Below are positions 57,424 through 64,000 of a DNA stretch of 64,000 bases, piece by piece (the first letter of the stretch is position 1; each line of letters starts with the position of its first letter). Below the pieces are notes generated by a model. It had not been told where the DNA came from. It searched no databases and worked only from the letters and a program-made list of their open reading frames with translations. The translations under genes and the position numbers were made by a program. The DNA is from Eledone cirrhosa. Its lineage: Eukaryota. The DNA lies in the NCBI GenBank assembly GCA_964016885.1, contig OZ024748.1, positions 27,404,001 to 27,468,000 on the forward strand, read 5' to 3'.

Positions 57424-57457
<34 letters not shown>

Positions 57458-57585
57458 TTTCTTCAAAATCAAACAGTTCTAGTCCTATAGAAGCCATTTC
57501 TATATTAAATATGTTAAATATTTATACTCTGCTATGTATTGAGGACTTTACTTACTGTGGTTACCCCCGATTGAACCCGGGAAAA

Positions 57586-57638
<53 letters not shown>

Positions 57639-57640
<2 letters not shown>

Positions 57641-57811
57641 CGAAGGAAATGTGGTAAGGAACCAGGTAGACCATAATGCACCAAAGTACTCAATACTTGG
57701 GGTAGTAGAGTGGGTAATAGGAACCAGTAAGACCCCGACGGCTGAGCTCAAGCCGTTTCGACAATTAGCCGTCGAAACGGCTTGAGCTCAGCCGTCGGGG
57801 TCTTACTGGTT

Positions 57812-57813
<2 letters not shown>
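57639..57813. mobile_element. Family A fold-back element (copy 10)
   Basis: Both arms share variant GGAACCAGTAAGACCCC. Confidence 0.9.
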
Positions 57814-57848
<35 letters not shown>

Positions 57849-57851
<3 letters not shown>

Positions 57852-58038
57852 GAAGGAAATGTGGTACGGAACCAGGTGGACCATAACGCACCAAAGTACT
57901 CAATACTTAGGGTAGTAGAGTGGGTAATAGGAACGGGTAGGACCCCGACGGCTGAGCTCAAGCCGTTTCGACGGCTAATTCTGTCCAGAATTAGCCGTCG
58001 AAACGGCTTGAGTTCAGCCGTCGGGGTCCTACTCGTTC
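57849..58038. mobile_element. Family A fold-back element (copy 11)
   Basis: Long arm (-), short arm (+). Confidence 0.9.
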
Positions 58039-58440
58039 ATATATATATATATATCTTTTGTGTCCTCTGTTCTTTCCTCTCTTTCTTTTTCTCACTTACT
58101 CTCTCTGTTCCTTCCATGTTGAAGCTGTTTATATAGGACTAACGTCCAGACGAACAATTTTTTCTCTCACTTTCTTTTCTTCGCTAATATGTTCGTCTTT
58201 GTTTCTATCTCTTCTTCCCAGTAGCAATATTGGTTTATACCAAATTCTATTTATTTGTAAACAGTCGAAAAACCAATTGTCCTGTCTTGTGTCCATTTGA
58301 TATTGTATTATGTGCACTGGTGATAGTGGTATCGACCATAAGAACCAAAACTCCGAAGACCTCCAGCGGTCGACTGATGAGAAGGGATTGTGGTGTCTTT
58401 CGTCCGTTTTTCCGTTGTCTTCTCACACCTTTTTTTATTC

Positions 58441-58534
<94 letters not shown>

Positions 58535-58717
58535 GATACATAGTGTTTACAGTAATAAAATCCTGTAATTTCATTTTATAATACATTTACTCCCTTGCCG
58601 CACCACCAACATGATTCAACATTGAAGATGGATGAGTTGCATGACGTCGAATGCTTTCCTCGTATTAAGTCATGGTTAACATTGCAGAATGACCAATTCT
58701 ACCCAGTGGTAAACCAC

Positions 58718-58765
<48 letters not shown>

Positions 58766-58773
<8 letters not shown>

Positions 58774-59433
58774 GGGAAGTAAGGTTCTATACAAAACAGT
58801 GAATATAGAGAAAAGGTGAAGTTGGAAATAGCACGGAAAATATATTTTAAGGTCTGTTTTTTTTTATTTTCCTTTCTTTGATTCGTCAAAGTGATATTAT
58901 TGAAAAGATGATATTATTGAAAAAATGAGAGGACAATTCTTTTTAAAAAATAGATTTATAATGTATATAAAGTATATAAAGTGTATATAAAGTATTACCG
59001 GTTTCGATGTATTATTAAAATTCATCTTATCAAATGTTGAGTATTACAATTAAAAAGAATTAATAGGAATTAAAAACTAAAAATTAAAGATTTATAATTA
59101 AGTGTTGGAGTAAGTTTTTTTCCCATCTTCCTTGGATTCTCCAGTCCAGCTCTGAGCAAGGAAGATGGGGAAAAACTTACTCCAACACTTAATTATAAAT
59201 CTTTAATTTTTAGTTTTTAATTCCTATTAATTCTTTTTAATTGTAATACTCAACATTTGATAAGATGAATTTTAATAATACATCGAAACCGGTAATACTT
59301 GTTATACTTTATATACTTTATATTCATTATAAAAGCTTTTTTTAAAAAGAATTGTCCTCTCATTTTTTCAATAATAAGAAAAGAAAAGCAGCAGACCCTA
59401 AAATATATTTTCCGTGCTATTTCCAACTTCACC

Positions 59434-59435
<2 letters not shown>
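58766..59435. mobile_element. Large fold-back element with U3-A8 hammerhead-like motif in both arms
   Basis: Arms about 58815-59135 / 59157-59432; plus 59255-59296 AT-TTGATAA-GATG...CATC-GAAAC-CG-GTA-AT. Confidence 0.8.
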
Positions 59436-59523
<88 letters not shown>

Positions 59524-59679
59524 TGAGGGCCAGGAATGCACTCGTGATATATTCAATCTTCCCCTACATATAGCGTATTTCTGTGGTGGTCCTTTTATTG
59601 AAGTTTATTAAATTTAGATACCATGTACCATTTCTTGCCGAGTTCACTTTCCTTGGTGCCGCATTGGCATCCTGGTGTT

Positions 59680-59983
59680 TAGTGAACAATACTGGGCAGC
59701 CATTTTCTTCCAGGTTTCTTTGAAATTTTTGTTCTTAACATCGCTCCCTCTGTTTCGTATTCACGAACTTCATTCTGTAAGTAGGCCGTTTGGGCTCATT
59801 TGGTGGTTAGGGTTGAATTGTAGTGCCGATATAAACCCCTGCCTGATGGCTTCCTGTAGTCTTTGGTATAGATGGATCCTTTCTCTGTGATTTTGAGTTC
59901 GGAAATCAAGCAGGAAGAGGGTTCTTGTTGACGGGTCACTCAAACGGCAGGTTGATATGAACGTCAATGTTGTTTACCAGAGC
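59680..59983 (-). pseudogene. Decayed Penelope-like reverse transcriptase (C-terminal RT/thumb) fragment
   Basis: Across frameshifts: LVNNIDVHINL..E / TLFLLDF / ELKITEKGSIYTKDYRKPSGRGLYRHYNS..NEVR / IRNRGS / EENGCP, matching the PLE pattern LNxIxxxIxFTxE..LPFLD..YRKPT...YLHxxS..NGYP. Confidence 0.65.
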
Positions 59984-60400
59984 TATTTTTCTTTACCATG
60001 AAAATACAATAGTAAATAACACGTTATGCATGTATATGATAGTGCACATACTTAAATATGGAATGTTACGAGATGGGGTCCCTCTACAGCCCCGGCGGAC
60101 AGAATGGAGAAGGTGTTTCCCCGGTGGACGGCAAGGGAGACGCGCTGGAAAAGCCACTCCAGCTCGCGGGGTTCGCACCTACGGCTGGCCAGCTCAGCGC
60201 CTATGGTGGTGAGTGATTATATCTTCGTATATTTCCACGTCCTCAACACTGGACAATGTTAACATGATCATCTTCTCCTATATGGAGCAGATGTATATAA
60301 GAATTGTGCACGGAGACCTCCTATATACACAGTAGTTATATAGAGGACAGGACGTTCTCAAATCTACAGCTACCTGGTTTATATATACGCACACACATAA

Positions 60401-60497
<97 letters not shown>

Positions 60498-60524
60498 CAT
60501 GCATATATATATACACATACATGC

Positions 60525-60557
<33 letters not shown>

Positions 60558-60764
60558 CATGCATATATATATATATATATATACACATACATGCATATAT
60601 ATATATGTGTGTGTTTACTTATATAAACATACACATGTATATGCAGATACACATATCTATACATACACGTATATATAAACGCATATATATACATTCACAT
60701 ATATATACAAATATATTTATTTTTATTTACACATACAGTATATATACAAATATATTTATTTATG

Positions 60765-60806
<42 letters not shown>

Positions 60807-60808
<2 letters not shown>

Positions 60809-60965
60809 AACGAGTAGGATCCCGACGGCTGAGCTCAAGCCGTTTCGACGGCTTGAGCTCAGCCGTCGGGGTCCTACTCGTTCCTATTACCCACTCTACT
60901 ACCCTAAGTATTGAGTACTTTGGTGCGTTATGGTCCACCTGGTTCCTTACCACATTTCCTTCGTT
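60807..60965. mobile_element. Family A fold-back element (copy 12)
   Basis: Short arm (-), long arm (+), junction at TTTCGACGG. Confidence 0.9.
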
Positions 60966-60972
60966 ATATATA

Positions 60973-61068
<96 letters not shown>

Positions 61069-61228
61069 GATACACATATATATGCACAGTGATATAAATA
61101 TATATATGTGTGTGTGTGTGTGTGCGCGAGCGTGTGTGTGTGAGAGAGAGAGAGACATAAGTGACACAGGAATGAATCAGAAATTCACAAAGAATTGAAG
61201 AATGAAAGAGTATAAAAATGAATGAAGC

Positions 61229-61348
<120 letters not shown>

Positions 61349-61390
61349 ATATATGTATATATATATGTATATATATATATTGTATATATG

Positions 61391-61479
<89 letters not shown>

Positions 61480-61524
61480 CATATATACATATATATATAT
61501 ATACATATATATATATACATATAT

Positions 61525-61628
<104 letters not shown>

Positions 61629-62032
61629 ATATGTGTGTGTGTGTCTGAGTTATATATAGTGGCGTTGGTGGTGGGTTTTGCTAGTGGTGGCGCTAGTGGC
61701 GGTAGTCGTGGTGAGGGGGTGCTATTGGTGGTGCTGTAGGTAATAGGGAGGCGGGTGGGGATGGGGTGTGAGGTGAAAGTGGTGACGGTGGGGGACGGTG
61801 GTGGTAGCTGTGGTAGTATTAGTAGTCGGGTGTGATATTGTTTGTAAAAGTTGTGGTGATGGTGTCAGTACAAACAGATGTGATGATAGTGATGGTGGTA
61901 GGTGGTGGTAATAGTAATAGTAGAATATGGTAGTAGCGGGATCGGTGTTAGTAGAGGTGGAAGAAGGAATGGTTGCCGTAGTGTTTCTATTGTCTGGTGG
62001 CAGATGTGATAATGCCATTGATGATGATGATG

Positions 62033-62070
<38 letters not shown>

Positions 62071-62499
62071 ATTGATATTGATCCTCATCCTCATCCTCCT
62101 CATCATCATCATCATCACCATCACCATCATCACCATATCATCATCTTCATCATTATCATCATCATCATTATGACAGTGATGGACGTGGTGGTGGTGGTGG
62201 TGGTGGTGGTGGTAATAGTAGTAGTGGCTTGTGTGAAGTTGGTGATTGGGGTGGTGGTGACGTGGCATTGGTGCTGGTGGTGGTTGGTTGTGGTAGAGGT
62301 AGTAGTGGTGTTGTGGTAGAGGTAGTAGTGGTGTTGTGGTAGAGGTAGTAGTGTTGTGTGGGAGAGTGAGGGAGGTTCAGGTAGGAACAAGAGGGAGTAG
62401 GAGGAGATGGAGTTAAGTGAGACTCCACCCATCCAACGATGGATCTCTAATGCCGGCTTTATATTGGTGAGTTTGGTGCGCAGGCCAGGACGGTTGGGG

Positions 62500-62833
62500 G
62501 GGTAGTGGTGGTGGTGGTGGTGGTGGTGGTGGTGGTGGTGGTGGGTGGTGTAGTGGTGGTGGTGGTGGTGGTGGTGGTGGTGGTGGTGGTGGTGGTGGTG
62601 GTGGTGGTGGTGGTGGTGGTGGTGGTGGGTGGTGTAGTGGTGGTGGTGGTGGTGGTGGTGGTGGTGGTGGTGGTGGTGGGTGGTGGTGGTGGTGGTGTAG
62701 TGGTGGTGGTGGTGGTGGTGGTGTAGTGGTGGTGGTGGTGGCACGAGGAGACAGGGAGGAGAGAGAGAAATTGATGTAGCGGGATGTGGGAAGGAAAAGT
62801 TGTTTAACATTAATTATTATTGTGGTTGTGTTG

Positions 62834-62865
<32 letters not shown>

Positions 62866-62954
62866 GGTGGTGGTGGTGGTGGTGGTGGTGGTGGTGGTGG
62901 TGGTGGTGGTAATGGTCGTGGTGGTGGTGGTAATGGTCGTGGTGGTGGTGGTGG

Positions 62955-62985
<31 letters not shown>

Positions 62986-63342
62986 GGTGCTGGTGGTGGT
63001 GGTGGTGGTGGTAATGGTCGTGGTGGTGGTGGTGGTGGTGGTGGTAATGGTCGTGGTGGTGGTGGTGGTAATGGTCGTGGTGGTGGTGGTGGTGGGTGGT
63101 GGTGGGTGGTGGTGGTGGGTGGTGGTGGTGGGTGGTGGTGGGTGGTGGTGGGTGGTGGTGGTGGTGGTGGTGGTGGTGGTGGTGGGTGGTGGTGGGTGGT
63201 GGTGGTGGTGGTGGTGGTGGTGGTGGTGGTGGTGGTGGTGGTGGTGGTGGCACGAGGAGACAGGGAGGAGAGAGAGAAATTGATGTAGCGGGATGTGGGA
63301 AGGAAAAGTTGTTTAACATTAATTATTATTGTGGTTGTGTTG

Positions 63343-63374
<32 letters not shown>

Positions 63375-63481
63375 GGTGGTGGTGGTGGTGGTGGTGGTGG
63401 TGGTGGTGGTGGTGGTAATGGTCGTGGTGGTGGTGGTAATGGTCGTGGTGGTGGTGGTAATGGTCGTGGTGGTGGTGGTGG

Positions 63482-63512
<31 letters not shown>

Positions 63513-64000
63513 GGTGCTGGTGGTGGTGGTGGTGGTGGTAATGGTCGTGGTGGTGGTGGTGGTGGTGGTGGTAATGGTCGTGGTGGTGGTGGTGGTAATG
63601 GTCGTGGTGGTGGTGGTGGTGGTAATGGTCGTGGTGGTGGTGTTGGTGGTGGTGGTGGTGGTGGTGGTGGTGGTAATGGTCGTGGTGGTGGTGTTGGTGG
63701 TGGTGGTGGTGGTGGTGGTGGTGGTAATGGTCGTGGTGGTGGTGGTGGTGGTGGTGGTGTTGGTAGTGGTGGTAGTGGAGGTGTAGTGGTGGTGGTGGTG
63801 ATGGTGGTGCAGGTAGTAGTGGTGATGGTGGTGTTGTTGGTGTGGTGATGGTGGTAGTAGTGGTGGTGGTGGTGGTGGTGGTGGTGGTGGTGGTGGTTGT
63901 GTTGTTGGTGGTGGTGACGATTATGCTGGTGGTGGGGGTGGTCTGAGTGATGATGATAATGGTGATATTGGTGGAGCCTGGTGGTAGTGGTGGTAGTGGT
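62500..64000. repeat. (GGT)n region with 509-bp tandem duplication
   Basis: Unique block GGCACGAGGAGACAGGGAGG...AACATTAATTATTATTGTGG at 62740 and 63249. Confidence 0.9.

Noticed and set aside
58372-58410. CTGATGA hammerhead core
   Set aside because: No downstream stem II-GAAA.
60063-60215. GC-rich stretch starting TGTTACG as an LTR
   Set aside because: No second LTR, PBS or TSD visible.

Overview
Gene-free, extremely repeat-rich animal DNA. The SINE families and microsatellite load suggest an octopus/cephalopod genome (inference). The first 26.6 kb is almost all simple-sequence and satellite DNA: (GGT)n, a 4.4-kb in-phase GTN array, and a 15.6-kb 33/36-bp satellite running into a 200-N gap. 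The rest is a mosaic of (TA)n/(TACA)n microsatellites with inserted mobile elements: a full-length decayed Tc1-like transposon with DD36E spacing, non-autonomous RTE-LINE derivatives, tRNA-type SINEs, Helitron-like ends, MITE remnants and a decayed Penelope-type RT fragment. Nearly all long ORFs in the track are repeat artefacts. The main signal is a set of about 20 short non-coding insertions in (TA)n, from at least 8 families unrelated in sequence, that share one design. They carry a type I hammerhead ribozyme or its 3' half and usually an asymmetric head-to-head fold-back (short arm plus long arm with a tail). A conserved 4bp/2-nt-bulge/4bp hairpin ending GAGYRCT lies just downstream of where the short arm stops. 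Two families carry the compensatory U3-A8 hammerhead core. This looks like a guild of microsatellite-targeting, Penelope-mobilised ribozyme retroelements. All folds were read by eye; no folding program or database search was run.
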